Virus genome (UHGV): UHGV-0232575
Direction: 5' to 3' (one strand)
From: a virus
DNA length: 40,876 nt
Part shown: in pieces, positions 15,215 to 23,560 of the stretch
Layout: every line of letters starts with the position of its first letter
How positions within the stretch are numbered: position 1 is the first letter of the stretch
The notes under the pieces: model-generated
The model's input: only the letters and a program-made list of their open reading frames with translations
Database searches by the model: none
Told to the model about the DNA's origin: nothing
Program-made: the position numbers and the translations under genes

Positions 15215-16429
15215 CAATTGTGGTGTTAATGTAATGAATTTACCAGCGTTTTTGTCTACTACTTTAGCATCAAAACGCATGAAGATTGCTAAGTATTGAC
15301 CATAAATTTCGTGGTCAATCCAACGAGCAGTAGTTTCAGCACGATTGAAGAATGTTGCAAATGCTACTGGGTCGCCTAAGAATGCCACTTTATCACCTTT
15401 GTTACCTAACATTTCATCTTTCAACACTGTTACTGGAACACCAAACAATGATTTACCAGACTGTGCTGTAATGTCAGTTTGTAATAAGTAACGGCCTTCA
15501 CCGTCTTTCATGATGTCAACTGCGTTGTAGAATGATTGAGTAACAATTAATTCTAAACCGTAAGCTGGGTCGAAACCAGTGTTGATTTGAGTTTTGATAT
15601 CATCTAATGATTTAGCTGTTACTGCTGTAGCTGTTTTTAACAAGTTAGCTAAAACAAAGTTAGTTGTGTTTAAGCCTTGACGTTGTACTGAATCAGCAAT
15701 AATTCCAGCTAAGTCGTCCGCGGAATCATCTAATGATTCTTGTGATACAACAATTTGACCACGGTAAGTTGATACGTTGTAAGGTACTTCTTCAAATTCA
15801 GGTTTTGCCAATGCTGGGTTTTTTGCCAACTCTTCAACTGTCACCATTTTTGCAGTAGTTGATTTCAAGATTGGGTATTTACCGCCAGAAGTTTTTACTT
15901 TGATACTATTCACTTTATTACGTAAGTCAACAACTGTTTCTGGTAATTTACGTGCTTTTGTGATAATATCTTCTGGAATAATTGCTTCTGCGTCTGTTGA
16001 TTTAACTTGTCCGTCACCAACCGCACGTGTTTCGTTAAATGATTTTACGCTAGTTGATTTTGAAGTTACGTAGTCTAAAAACGCACGTTGTTCTGTTACT
16101 GGCTCTGCTAAGTCTTTACCATTGATTTTTACTTTCTCCATGTCAATATCTTCTCCTTTTGCGTTCTCAATTGAACGTTCTTCTTTTTTTGGTTCTTCCT
16201 TTGGTTTGTCTTTGACTTCGTCTTTAGGTTCGTCCTTTGGTTCTTCTTTAGGCTCTTCCTTTTTGACTTCGTCTTTAGGTGCTTCTGTTTTATCTTCTGC
16301 ACGTTCTTCGTTTTCAGCTGGTGTTTTATCTTTCAAAGCTTCTAACTGTTCAATAACTTTTTTAGCTTCGTCAAGTTTACCTTCTGCCAACAAAGATTTT
16401 GCTTGCGCTTCTAACTCTGCCTTGTTCAT
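15209..16429 (-). CDS. Major capsid protein (HK97-like) with an N-terminal scaffold-like delta domain
   Basis: 406 aa. N-terminal coiled coil plus KE/P-rich repeats (EEPKEEPKDEPKDEVKDKPKEEPKKEE), then the capsid core. No separate scaffold gene is present. RBS AAGGAG. Confidence 0.85.
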   Translation of the reverse strand: MNKAELEAQAKSLLAEGKLDEAKKVIEQLEALKDKTPAENEERAEDKTEAPKDEVKKEEPKEEPKDEPKDEVKDKPKEEPKKEERSIENAKGEDIDMEKVKINGKDLAEPVTEQRAFLDYVTSKSTSVKSFNETRAVGDGQVKSTDAEAIIPEDIITKARKLPETVVDLRNKVNSIKVKTSGGKYPILKSTTAKMVTVEELAKNPALAKPEFEEVPYNVSTYRGQIVVSQESLDDSADDLAGIIADSVQRQGLNTTNFVLANLLKTATAVTAKSLDDIKTQINTGFDPAYGLELIVTQSFYNAVDIMKDGEGRYLLQTDITAQSGKSLFGVPVTVLKDEMLGNKGDKVAFLGDPVAFATFFNRAETTARWIDHEIYGQYLAIFMRFDAKVVDKNAGKFITLTPQLP

Positions 16430-16468
16430 GCTGTAAACTCCTTTACATATTATTTTCTTACTAAAGAT

Positions 16469-16477
16469 AGTATATCA
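16469..16477 (-). promoter_or_regulatory. Extended -10 promoter TGATATACT upstream of the MCP gene
   Basis: The - strand reads caTGATATACTatctttagtaagaaaat. Confidence 0.5.
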
Positions 16478-16505
16478 TGAACAAGGTGAGTTGTGGGCGT
16501 TACTC

Positions 16506-17060
16506 TTACAAGGTTGCTAGTCGTAACTGTAATTCTAGTTTGCGTTTTTCCATTTCGTTTACTTCCATGTTTTCAAGTGAGCGTTTAGCTACTGCAACAT
16601 CTGTGTCATCATATGCTGGAATTGAAACCAGTGATATTTCAGCTAGTGTATTGATTTTTTTGATAGTTCTAACTGGTTTACCGTCTCTCCGTTCCCACTC
16701 ATCTTCAGCAACCGTAAAGCCAAATGAACATTGACTAAGGTCACCACGTTTTACAAGTTCCATAACATCATTTCCAAGTGTTGTATTTGGTAGCTCACAA
16801 CGGAATTTCAACCCTACTTCATCAACTGATAATTGAAGTGTACCGCTCTTTGTTCTTCCAAGTAAGTTGCCTGAATCATGGTTTAAAAATAATTTTACAT
16901 CTTCCATATTAACACCGTCTAATGCTCTTGCGTCAATAGTTTCAATAAAACCACCTAGGTCTTTTGATGGTTTATTGAATTTTAATGCGTAACCTTCAAC
17001 AATATTGTTGTCATTTATGAACTCTTGCAGTTGTCTAATTTCCAGTTCCGTCTGTTTCAT
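16506..17060 (-). CDS. Prohead protease (HK97 gp4 / peptidase S78/U35 family)
   Basis: Motifs EGYALKFN...GFIETI...HD...LLGRT...SFGF...EISLVSIPAY. The preferred start MKQTELE at 17060 has an AAAGGAAG RBS. The longer ORF reaches 17111. Confidence 0.85.
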   Translation of the reverse strand: MKQTELEIRQLQEFINDNNIVEGYALKFNKPSKDLGGFIETIDARALDGVNMEDVKLFLNHDSGNLLGRTKSGTLQLSVDEVGLKFRCELPNTTLGNDVMELVKRGDLSQCSFGFTVAEDEWERRDGKPVRTIKKINTLAEISLVSIPAYDDTDVAVAKRSLENMEVNEMEKRKLELQLRLATL

Positions 17061-18213
17061 TCTCGTACACTTCCTTTTCTTCACTCTCTGTTTTAACTGT
17101 TGTTTCGCCATCTTCTAAAGGTTCATACCCATAATATGCACGAACTTCGTTTTCTTTGATAGTTGATAGTAACTCTTTACTTGCTTTTCCACTAAACAAT
17201 TGTTTGCGTCTGTCATCTAATGTATCGTTCATTAGACTTGAAAAGTCCATTTCTAAAACATTACCTGTTTTAATTGCTATTTCGTCACAGATTGCAGATT
17301 CATATTGACTAATTGTTGACGCAATATAGATGTCATTTTGTCCGCTATCAGTTGAGTTTACTAATTCCATACCAAACCGGTTCAATGGAATACCTAAAAC
17401 TTTTGCAATTTGTTGCGTACTGAATTTATTTGATTGAATCAATTTCAAAATATCAGTATTCATTTTGTATTCTGTGAAGTCTGTTGCTTCATCTAAAACG
17501 ATAACGCCATTACTGTTTGTGCTTCCACCGTTAGCTCTTTCAAAATCTTCACGAATTTTCTTTTTGGTTGCGTTGTCTACATAACCTTTTTTAAGTTTTA
17601 AGATTCCGCCACCGAAAACACCGTTAGCAAAGAACTTGGATAAAATCTTGTTGCCGTTTGTTTGCATTCCGATTTCATCACGTAAAGACAATAAAGGACT
17701 ACGACCAATGAAACCATCTACAACTGAAATTCTAAAGTGTAAGATGTCACGTGGTTCACACCTTAACATGTGGTTACCATAATCTAACGTTACATCATAG
17801 CGCCATTCACCTGTTGTCATATCTTGAATGAGGTTCACTTGGTCTGCTGTTACAAACTCTAATGACTTAATTGGTGAGTTATAATCATTCTCTTTTTCTC
17901 TGTGAATGATTGCGTATGAGTTACCATAAAGAATCAGCTGTGCAACCGTTGCATACATGAATGTATAATGACTTTGTTTTTCATGTGGTCGCTTGTTGAT
18001 TAGTTGTAAAAAGTTTTGGTCTGCGTGTTCGTCTGGAACTTTTCTAAATAGTGATTTACCAATGTCACCACCAATGATATTTACACCTGTGAACACGTCT
18101 GAATTTTGTAATGCTCGTTCACCTGTCAAATATCCTAGGTTATCCATTCCGCTTTCAATATAATCAATGAAATTCTTCTCTGCTTTAGTCTGTGGTGCAA
18201 TAAATACGCCCAT
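17035..18213 (-). CDS. Portal protein (HK97-family)
   Basis: 392 aa with an acidic C-terminus, between terL and the protease. Confidence 0.85.
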   Translation of the reverse strand: MGVFIAPQTKAEKNFIDYIESGMDNLGYLTGERALQNSDVFTGVNIIGGDIGKSLFRKVPDEHADQNFLQLINKRPHEKQSHYTFMYATVAQLILYGNSYAIIHREKENDYNSPIKSLEFVTADQVNLIQDMTTGEWRYDVTLDYGNHMLRCEPRDILHFRISVVDGFIGRSPLLSLRDEIGMQTNGNKILSKFFANGVFGGGILKLKKGYVDNATKKKIREDFERANGGSTNSNGVIVLDEATDFTEYKMNTDILKLIQSNKFSTQQIAKVLGIPLNRFGMELVNSTDSGQNDIYIASTISQYESAICDEIAIKTGNVLEMDFSSLMNDTLDDRRKQLFSGKASKELLSTIKENEVRAYYGYEPLEDGETTVKTESEEKEVYENETDGTGN

Positions 18214-18217
18214 TTAA

Positions 18218-18382
18218 CTATTCACCTTCTTTCAATTCTAGGTATAATACTACTGCTGGTACTAATAATGATAGCCCTAATGCTACTAAACCAGCTACAA
18301 TGCTAACAAAAAACATGCTTGTTACAAGTGCTAATACTCCTAAAACGTAAAATAGCACTACATAAATTACTGGATTTTTCAT
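18218..18382 (-). CDS. Small two-TM membrane protein
   Basis: Preferred start MKNPVIY with an AGGAGGG RBS 7 nt upstream. Two hydrophobic helices. Confidence 0.45.
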   Translation of the reverse strand: MKNPVIYVVLFYVLGVLALVTSMFFVSIVAGLVALGLSLLVPAVVLYLELKEGE

Positions 18383-18424
18383 ATTAAACCCTCCTATACA
18401 CCTTATTTTAACACAAAACATATA

Positions 18425-18452
18425 AAAAAAGAGTGGTGTTTAGCCACTCTTT
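18425..18452. terminator. Stem-loop/terminator
   Basis: aaaAGAGTGGtgtttagCCACTCTttt, with A/T runs on both sides. Confidence 0.55.
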
Positions 18453-18456
18453 TAAT

Positions 18457-18723
18457 TTATGCTAATTTACGTAATGTTTTACCTTCATCATTTAATAGAT
18501 ATACACCATAAACTTTAAACCCTTCATAATTATCAAGGTTTTCAATCTCAATTTCAAACGTATTTTTTCGTACCACTAAAATTTGAGTACCATCTTTCTT
18601 GAAACATTTGATACCATCTGTAAATTGTTGAGTATGTGTAATCCCATCTACATAATCTACCAACGCGGAACACGGTTCTCCTTCTGGTAATTCCTTTACT
18701 ACCTTGTTAATTTGTAATAACAT
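18457..18723 (-). CDS. Hypothetical protein
   Basis: Preferred start MLLQINKV with an AAAGGAAG RBS. The ORF extends to 18786. Confidence 0.45.
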   Translation of the reverse strand: MLLQINKVVKELPEGEPCSALVDYVDGITHTQQFTDGIKCFKKDGTQILVVRKNTFEIEIENLDNYEGFKVYGVYLLNDEGKTLRKLA

Positions 18724-18779
18724 TTGAATCTTCCTTTCTATCTGTCTGTTTTTGTTACTATCTCTAGTACTTCTATAGT

Positions 18780-18788
18780 ATATCATAT
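18780..18788 (-). promoter_or_regulatory. Extended -10 promoter TGATATACT downstream of terL
   Basis: The - strand reads taTGATATACTatagaagtactagagatagtaa. Confidence 0.4.
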
Positions 18789-18811
18789 ATCCCTTACCTT
18801 GTGGGTGTTAC

Positions 18812-20539
18812 TTAAACACCAAAGCCAAATGTACCTTGCTCTAACATGTTTTCAAAACTTGAATATCCAAAGTCATAATACATTGCTTCACTCATTGCAT
18901 TTATTAAAGCGTCCAATGAATCAATCTTGTTACGATTCATTTTCTTTTCAATTGCTATGTTGTCAGCAAACTCTTTCATATACGCATTATATATCGCTGT
19001 ATTGAGTAGTGGGTTGTTTTGATGTATTATATCACCTTTGTATATTGCGTCCCTTAGATACTTTGTAGGGGCGTTTAAATACTGTATCCGCTGTGGTACT
19101 TCAATTAGATAGCGTTCACCGAAAACTTCCGCTAGTCGCAAGACTGATTGTGAAGCTTGGTGACCATCATAGAAAATACCTTGTAGGTCCAAATCATATG
19201 TTTCAACAAAATCAACTATCCAGTCGCACATGTCCGCATGGTCAATCAATCCTGATTCTAACTTACTAATTGAAACGATGCCTTCATTTTCATATTGGCG
19301 ATATGGTATTTTGTCCTCTTGAATTTTCTTTTCAATACCTCCAATTGATGAAATGAAACCATGTGTATTTACGAGTAACTTCTCTTCTTCTGCAATTGGT
19401 ATAATCCAGCTAACCGCCGTTATATCTTTTGTTCGTGATAAGTCCATTCCAATAAATACAGGACGTTTTCTAATATCATATTCTTTTGTTGCTTTGATTG
19501 CGTCCCAGCTTTCTTTATCCATGAAACTATCTTGTGAAGCTTGTACCCAGAAGTTCATTTCTTTAGTTAGCCAACCACTCATGTCTCCTTTTGCCTTGTA
19601 CTCTGCCAATGAATTAACTTTATGTTCATACATGGTTTCATACAATTGTGTATTCTCAAACAGTGGGTTTGATTTTATCCAATTGGCTTGGTCATCAACT
19701 TCGCTGATACTATCCATTTCCCAACATAAAGCAAGGTATGCGTCTGCTTCAACCTCTTCATTTAATAGCTTAGTTATAAATGGATATTCTATGCTGTGCA
19801 TTGGTCCATTAAGATTTTTAGTTGTTGTACTAATAATCAAAATCAAACCTTGTGGTTGTTGTGATTGTGAACTTTCCAATACCTCAATTAATGCTGTGCT
19901 TTTTGCTTCTCCGTATTCATCTAATACACCGCAAAGTACGTCTAGTCCGTCTAAACTATCTGCGTCACTTGCTAAAGGTTTAACAGTTGATTCATCTTCT
20001 AAATGTTCAATGTCATATTTGTTTACCTTAGTAATTTTACGCACACTATCACTTGAATTTCTCAATGCTTTCAGCTGTGATTTTAACATACGGAATACAA
20101 TACCAGCTTGTTCTTTAGTATTTGCCCCAGCTACAATCTGTCTTGAAGCTTTTGGATATTGTCCTAAGATGAACTCATACAATGAGATACCAGCAACCAG
20201 GATTGATTTACCGTTTTTACGTGCTAAACTGATATATACTTTTCTGAATCTGCGCATTTTATTACTCTTTTTGCGCCAACCATAGATTAATGCTACAATA
20301 AACTTCTGGAATTTAGCTAGTTTATTTGTCTTTTTACTTTTTGGGTCTGGTAACATTTCAATAAATGCGACTGGTTCATATGTTTCGCTTGGGTCGTAAT
20401 AGTATGGATAAGCTGGGTCTTTTGATTTTTCTAAGTCTTTCTCATGACGTCTAATAGCTTGTTTGATTTTATTACCTACCGGTATTTGATTATCTCTTAT
20501 ATAATTAATATAATCAGCTACAAAATCTATATTATTCAT
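18812..20539 (-). CDS. terL: Terminase large subunit (Terminase_1 family)
   Basis: 575 aa with a Walker A-like LARKNGKS and a C-terminal nuclease region. RBS AAGGAGG. Confidence 0.9.
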   Translation of the reverse strand: MNNIDFVADYINYIRDNQIPVGNKIKQAIRRHEKDLEKSKDPAYPYYYDPSETYEPVAFIEMLPDPKSKKTNKLAKFQKFIVALIYGWRKKSNKMRRFRKVYISLARKNGKSILVAGISLYEFILGQYPKASRQIVAGANTKEQAGIVFRMLKSQLKALRNSSDSVRKITKVNKYDIEHLEDESTVKPLASDADSLDGLDVLCGVLDEYGEAKSTALIEVLESSQSQQPQGLILIISTTTKNLNGPMHSIEYPFITKLLNEEVEADAYLALCWEMDSISEVDDQANWIKSNPLFENTQLYETMYEHKVNSLAEYKAKGDMSGWLTKEMNFWVQASQDSFMDKESWDAIKATKEYDIRKRPVFIGMDLSRTKDITAVSWIIPIAEEEKLLVNTHGFISSIGGIEKKIQEDKIPYRQYENEGIVSISKLESGLIDHADMCDWIVDFVETYDLDLQGIFYDGHQASQSVLRLAEVFGERYLIEVPQRIQYLNAPTKYLRDAIYKGDIIHQNNPLLNTAIYNAYMKEFADNIAIEKKMNRNKIDSLDALINAMSEAMYYDFGYSSFENMLEQGTFGFGV

Positions 20540-20559
20540 ATGTATACCTCCTTATTTAT

Positions 20560-20568
20560 ATTATAGCA
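20560..20568 (-). promoter_or_regulatory. Extended -10 late promoter TGCTATAAT upstream of terL
   Basis: The - strand reads tttttatttATGCTATAATAtaaataaggaggtatacatATG. Confidence 0.55.
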
Positions 20569-20569
20569 T

Positions 20570-20628
20570 AAATAAAAAGACTTAGGTCATGAGTTTATCC
20601 AAAGGGGATAACAAACTTACCTAAGTCA
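20570..20628 (-). terminator. Rho-independent terminator (tandem copy 2), long imperfect hairpin
   Basis: GACTTAGGTaagtttgttatcc...ggataaactcatGACCTAAGTC followed by TTTTTATTT on the - strand. Confidence 0.6.
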
Positions 20629-20688
20629 ACATGATTGAAACTTAATCTCGTTATATACATTATAACATAAAAAATAGTTTCTGTGTGT

Positions 20689-20741
20689 AAATAAAAAGAC
20701 TTAGGTAGTTATTCCCATAAGGCGATAACTAGTCTAAGTCA
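20689..20741 (-). terminator. Rho-independent terminator (tandem copy 1)
   Basis: GACTTAGACTAGTTATcgccttatgggaATAACTACCTAAGTC followed by TTTTTATTT on the - strand. It shares the aaataaaaagacttaggt core with copy 2. Confidence 0.6.
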
Positions 20742-21126
20742 ATTGGTCGCACTGCAACCCTTCTTAAATGATTAAGTGTTGTTATGTGGTTGGCGGACCA
20801 TCCACATACGGACTACCTCACAACACTTAATATAGTTTTGCTCACTTGGTTAAGGCGGTAAGAGCGTGCCTTTTTGTGTTGATTGCTACCCATCTCATGA
20901 TAGCCCTTCTAGTTAGGTTTTCACACCTATGGTTGCGCTACTGTTAAGCATAGTAGTTGCTACTCCTAGTATTATTTTTTACTTAGTTAAGCCCCTAGGC
21001 GGGAGCAAGCTACAACCCAAGCCCGCTAACATGTCAGTAACTTCTACCCAAAAGTTACTCCTGAATTGTAAACCTCAATACAATTCTAAACCTACAAATC
21101 ATCTGGAAGGCGTTTTCCATAAATAC

Positions 21127-21135
21127 ATTATAACA
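21127..21135 (-). promoter_or_regulatory. Extended -10 promoter-like TGTTATAAT directly downstream of terS, facing the non-coding gap
   Basis: The - strand reads caatttgTGTTATAATgtatttatgg. No credible ORF lies downstream before the tandem terminators. Confidence 0.4.
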
Positions 21136-21142
21136 CAAATTG

Positions 21143-21616
21143 CTAACCTTGTGCGCGCATTTTAAGCAATTGACCTAGTGGGTCTTTGCTTTCGTCCTCT
21201 ACTTCTTTTGGTGCTACCAGTTTTAATCTTGAATTGATAGTTAAACCTAAGTCATTCGTTGCGCTTTTGATTTGCTTACTATAACCCATCATAGCGGTTA
21301 CTTTGGGGTTCAGTTTTCCTTCGTTTGTCACTTCACCCTCAATAGACACCTCTTCTGCTAATTTACTATATAAGTAAACGTAGTTACAATAAGAAACCAG
21401 TGTTTGTGAATCTAACTCACTCAGTGGTAATGACCCAGCAAAGTTACCAATTCTTTCCCATTCTGGATATGCACCCCTTAACAACCCCATTGGAAAATAT
21501 GAAAAGTCTAAAGGTTCATAATTATATAAGTTCTCCTCTTCTTTTTTCTTTTGAAATTGTTGTTCTTGTGTTAAATTACCCTGTTGTGCATTTAATAACT
21601 TACGTGGTCTACCCAT
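21143..21616 (-). CDS. terS: Terminase small subunit (P27 family)
   Basis: 157 aa. The MGRPRK N-terminus and size fit P27-type terS. AAGGAGGTG RBS. Associated with HNH and Terminase_1 terL. Confidence 0.8.
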   Translation of the reverse strand: MGRPRKLLNAQQGNLTQEQQFQKKKEEENLYNYEPLDFSYFPMGLLRGAYPEWERIGNFAGSLPLSELDSQTLVSYCNYVYLYSKLAEEVSIEGEVTNEGKLNPKVTAMMGYSKQIKSATNDLGLTINSRLKLVAPKEVEDESKDPLGQLLKMRAQG

Positions 21617-22108
21617 TTAGTTCACCTCCTTATATTTAAAGGTGTATCCTCCACATGTTTTGCGCTTACCTTTTAAAACTTTTACAATTGAACCATCATC
21701 AATTTTCAAATCTCTAGCGCAACCTCTAATTGAATCATACTCAATTCCATTTGAACAAATTATTTGTTTTGATTTTTGTGTTTTCTGCTGTGTTTCAATT
21801 TGTCGTTTGGTTCTTGTTCCATGATTGATATTCTCTTTAGATGTTGACCATTCTAGGTTAGATACAAAATTATTTGTTTTGCATTCATCAATATGGTTTA
21901 CCTGTGGTTTTTTATCTGGGTTTGGTATAAATGCTTCTGCAACTAAACGGTGTACCCTCCTAAAGTGTGCTTTATTATCTTTCCACAATGTAACTGTCTT
22001 ATATCCATCTTTGTCAATATTTTGTTTTAACCGTTTGACGTTGTTATATACATTACCATAGTTGTCAACGTAGTATCTACCTTTAAATTCTAATACATCT
22101 TTCTTCAT
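21617..22108 (-). CDS. HNH homing endonuclease (NUMOD4-HNH_3 type) inserted between the cos-HNH and terS genes
   Basis: YYVDNYGNVYN NUMOD4-like; VNHIDECKTNNFVSNLEW HNH core; C-terminal GYTFKY. The preferred start MKKDV has an AGGAGG RBS. Confidence 0.8.
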   Translation of the reverse strand: MKKDVLEFKGRYYVDNYGNVYNNVKRLKQNIDKDGYKTVTLWKDNKAHFRRVHRLVAEAFIPNPDKKPQVNHIDECKTNNFVSNLEWSTSKENINHGTRTKRQIETQQKTQKSKQIICSNGIEYDSIRGCARDLKIDDGSIVKVLKGKRKTCGGYTFKYKEVN

Positions 22109-22164
22109 TGTATAACCTCCTATATAATATTTAATAGTATAACACATTATATAATAGGTGTCAA

Positions 22165-22356
22165 CTATACAACTTCAATAATTTCATAGTGGCGATTCTT
22201 ACCACCTAGCTTAGTTTTGATGTCTTTAAAATAGCCAGATTTTTTACCATAAAATTTGTCTGCTTCTGTTTGCGATTTGAAGGCTCTTGTCTGCTGGGTT
22301 CGCAAATCTTTTACCATAATAGGTTTTGGAGCTGGAATAATAATCACACCTTTCAT
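22165..22356 (-). CDS. Small hypothetical protein; possible remnant of a homing-endonuclease DNA-binding module
   Basis: KSQTEADKFYGKKSGYFKDIKTKL resembles the IENR/NUMOD1 helix of homing endonucleases. Weak RBS. The ORF extends to 22392. Confidence 0.35.
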   Translation of the reverse strand: MKGVIIIPAPKPIMVKDLRTQQTRAFKSQTEADKFYGKKSGYFKDIKTKLGGKNRHYEIIEVV

Positions 22357-22393
22357 TATATATTTTAGTTTAAAAGAAAAAGTCCCTAACAAT

Positions 22394-22402
22394 ATTATAG
22401 CA
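22394..22402 (-). promoter_or_regulatory. Extended -10 late promoter TGCTATAAT driving the terS-containing operon
   Basis: The - strand reads tttgTGCTATAATattgttagg. Confidence 0.5.
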
Positions 22403-22417
22403 CAAAAACTGTTGTTT

Positions 22418-22543
22418 GAGAAACCAGGTTTTGTGCTGTTTATGAGGGAAGATATTCGTATTAGTGAGATTATGAAACAATGCGTGAAACGTTTGATATT
22501 ATTGAAAAGAAACCAGTTTTGTATCGTTTTTTACGAGGGAAAA
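22418..22543. repeat. Two ~33-bp imperfect direct repeats (GAAACCAGnTTTTGTnnnGTTTnTnnGAGGGAA); candidate terminase-binding (cosB-like) sites
   Basis: Copies at 22418-22451 and 22507-22543, in the non-coding gap downstream of the terminase-associated HNH gene. Confidence 0.4.
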
Positions 22544-22599
22544 AGGCTGTTTTGAAACTTCGTTTTTAGAATTTTGTGTGAAAAGAAGGAATCTCCGAT

Positions 22600-22680
22600 T
22601 GTAGCCACCAAAAATTTGGCGGGGGGTGTTAAAATTTTCAGCTACCCTCCCTTCGCTTTTGGCGCTATCCCCCTTAAAAT
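22600..22680. other. Candidate cos site: GC-rich tract in an AT-rich genome
   Basis: ccaccaaaaatttGGCGGGGGGTGtt...ctaCCCTCCCttcgcttttggcgctatCCCCC, with a near-palindrome CCGCCAAAtttTTTGGtGG. It lies directly downstream of the cos-type HNH gene. Confidence 0.4.
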
Positions 22681-23075
22681 TATTTATGGTTAGCCCTACC
22701 TGCATTTTTAAAGGAATGAGCGTGCTCCTCTTTATTGTGACAGGATTGGCAAATTGATTCTAAATTATTAATATCTAAACGTTTTTCCCAACCAATTGGT
22801 GTACGTATTTCCTCCACATGGTGGACGATAGTGGCAAGCGTCTTGGTGTGGTCATTGCGTTCACATACTTCACACATTGGATTGATACTTAACTTGTATT
22901 GTCTCATTCGTTTCCATTCACTTGACTGGTAGAACTCTGCATACCTTTTGTTCTGTGGATTAGTGCGCACATACTTATTGTATTGTGTGGCTGTGTTACC
23001 TTTGTGCTTATCACAATACACCTCTGGTTGCTTTACATATTCTCTACATAAAGCAACCTTACACTTCTTATACAT
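22680..23075 (-). CDS. Terminase-associated HNH endonuclease (HK97 gp74-like, cos-cleavage cofactor)
   Basis: 131 aa. CxxC...HH...N...CxxCH zinc-finger HNH pattern (CEVCERN...HHVEE...NLESICQSCHNKEEH). Confidence 0.8.
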   Translation of the reverse strand: MYKKCKVALCREYVKQPEVYCDKHKGNTATQYNKYVRTNPQNKRYAEFYQSSEWKRMRQYKLSINPMCEVCERNDHTKTLATIVHHVEEIRTPIGWEKRLDINNLESICQSCHNKEEHAHSFKNAGRANHK

Positions 23076-23323
23076 TAGAATGAGTACATGTCTTTCTTAG
23101 TTACTGTATCAGTAAAGGTATATGATGTCAAGTGGTGTGGTGTTGGTTCAGTGATAGATGGTTGTGTACTATCATATACATTACCTTCACTATCTAATGG
23201 TTCTACTGCATTGTTAACATATGTGGATAGCGTACCCTCAAGTGTTCTGATGTATGCCACTAGGTCCACCTTGTTACTCTTTAGTAACTGCTTATCTGTC
23301 TTATTATATAGTTCATGTTCCAT
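23075..23323 (-). CDS. Hypothetical protein
   Basis: 82 aa, translationally coupled at both ends (TAATG overlaps). Confidence 0.5.
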   Translation of the reverse strand: MEHELYNKTDKQLLKSNKVDLVAYIRTLEGTLSTYVNNAVEPLDSEGNVYDSTQPSITEPTPHHLTSYTFTDTVTKKDMYSF

Positions 23324-23523
23324 TACTTATCACCTCGTTTAGTTGCTTTTAATAGTACACTAAATACAATGTTAACGATAACTAACCATGCAATTACTGT
23401 GTGACCTGTTGCAAACAATACGGCTACAATTACCCATAGGATATAGATGTTAAGTGCTAACAAACCAAGTACCAAGATACTTGCTAATACAATCCCAATG
23501 ATGTTTCCTACTTCTTTATTCAT
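23323..23523 (-). CDS. Small membrane protein (two TM)
   Basis: 66 aa, hydrophobic. RBS AGGAGG. First gene of the - strand operon. Confidence 0.55.
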   Translation of the reverse strand: MNKEVGNIIGIVLASILVLGLLALNIYILWVIVAVLFATGHTVIAWLVIVNIVFSVLLKATKRGDK

Positions 23524-23560
23524 AATTAATTCCTCCTATTTGTTTTTACTTTACTTCTAT

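Noticed and set aside
16122-16436. 104-aa + strand ORF over the MCP 5' end
   Set aside because: Antisense of the KE-rich repeat tract gives a Ser/Phe/Leu-rich artefact.
19353-20285. 310-aa + strand ORF antisense to terL
   Set aside because: Ser/Leu/Phe-rich and no RBS. It lies fully inside a well-supported gene on the other strand.
20768-20866. tRNA gene in the terS-terL gap (the GCTC-ACTTGGTTAAGG-GAGC segment looked D-arm-like)
   Set aside because: No acceptor stem, anticodon arm or T-arm (GTTCRANYC) could be built. The loop is too long.
20929-21165. 78-aa + strand ORF in the terS-terL gap
   Set aside because: No RBS and wrong strand for the operon. It overlaps the terS 3' end. The region is more likely non-coding RNA or DNA signal.
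21825-22061. Antisense ORFs inside the HNH genes (also 29214-29441 and 32328-32570) sharing an SSIWFTCG peptide
   Set aside because: Conserved only because the HNH paralogs share nucleotide sequence. No RBS. Artefact.
22499-22705. 68-aa - strand ORF in the candidate cos region
   Set aside because: No RBS. It overlaps the HNH gene start and spans the GC-rich tract, so it is probably non-coding.
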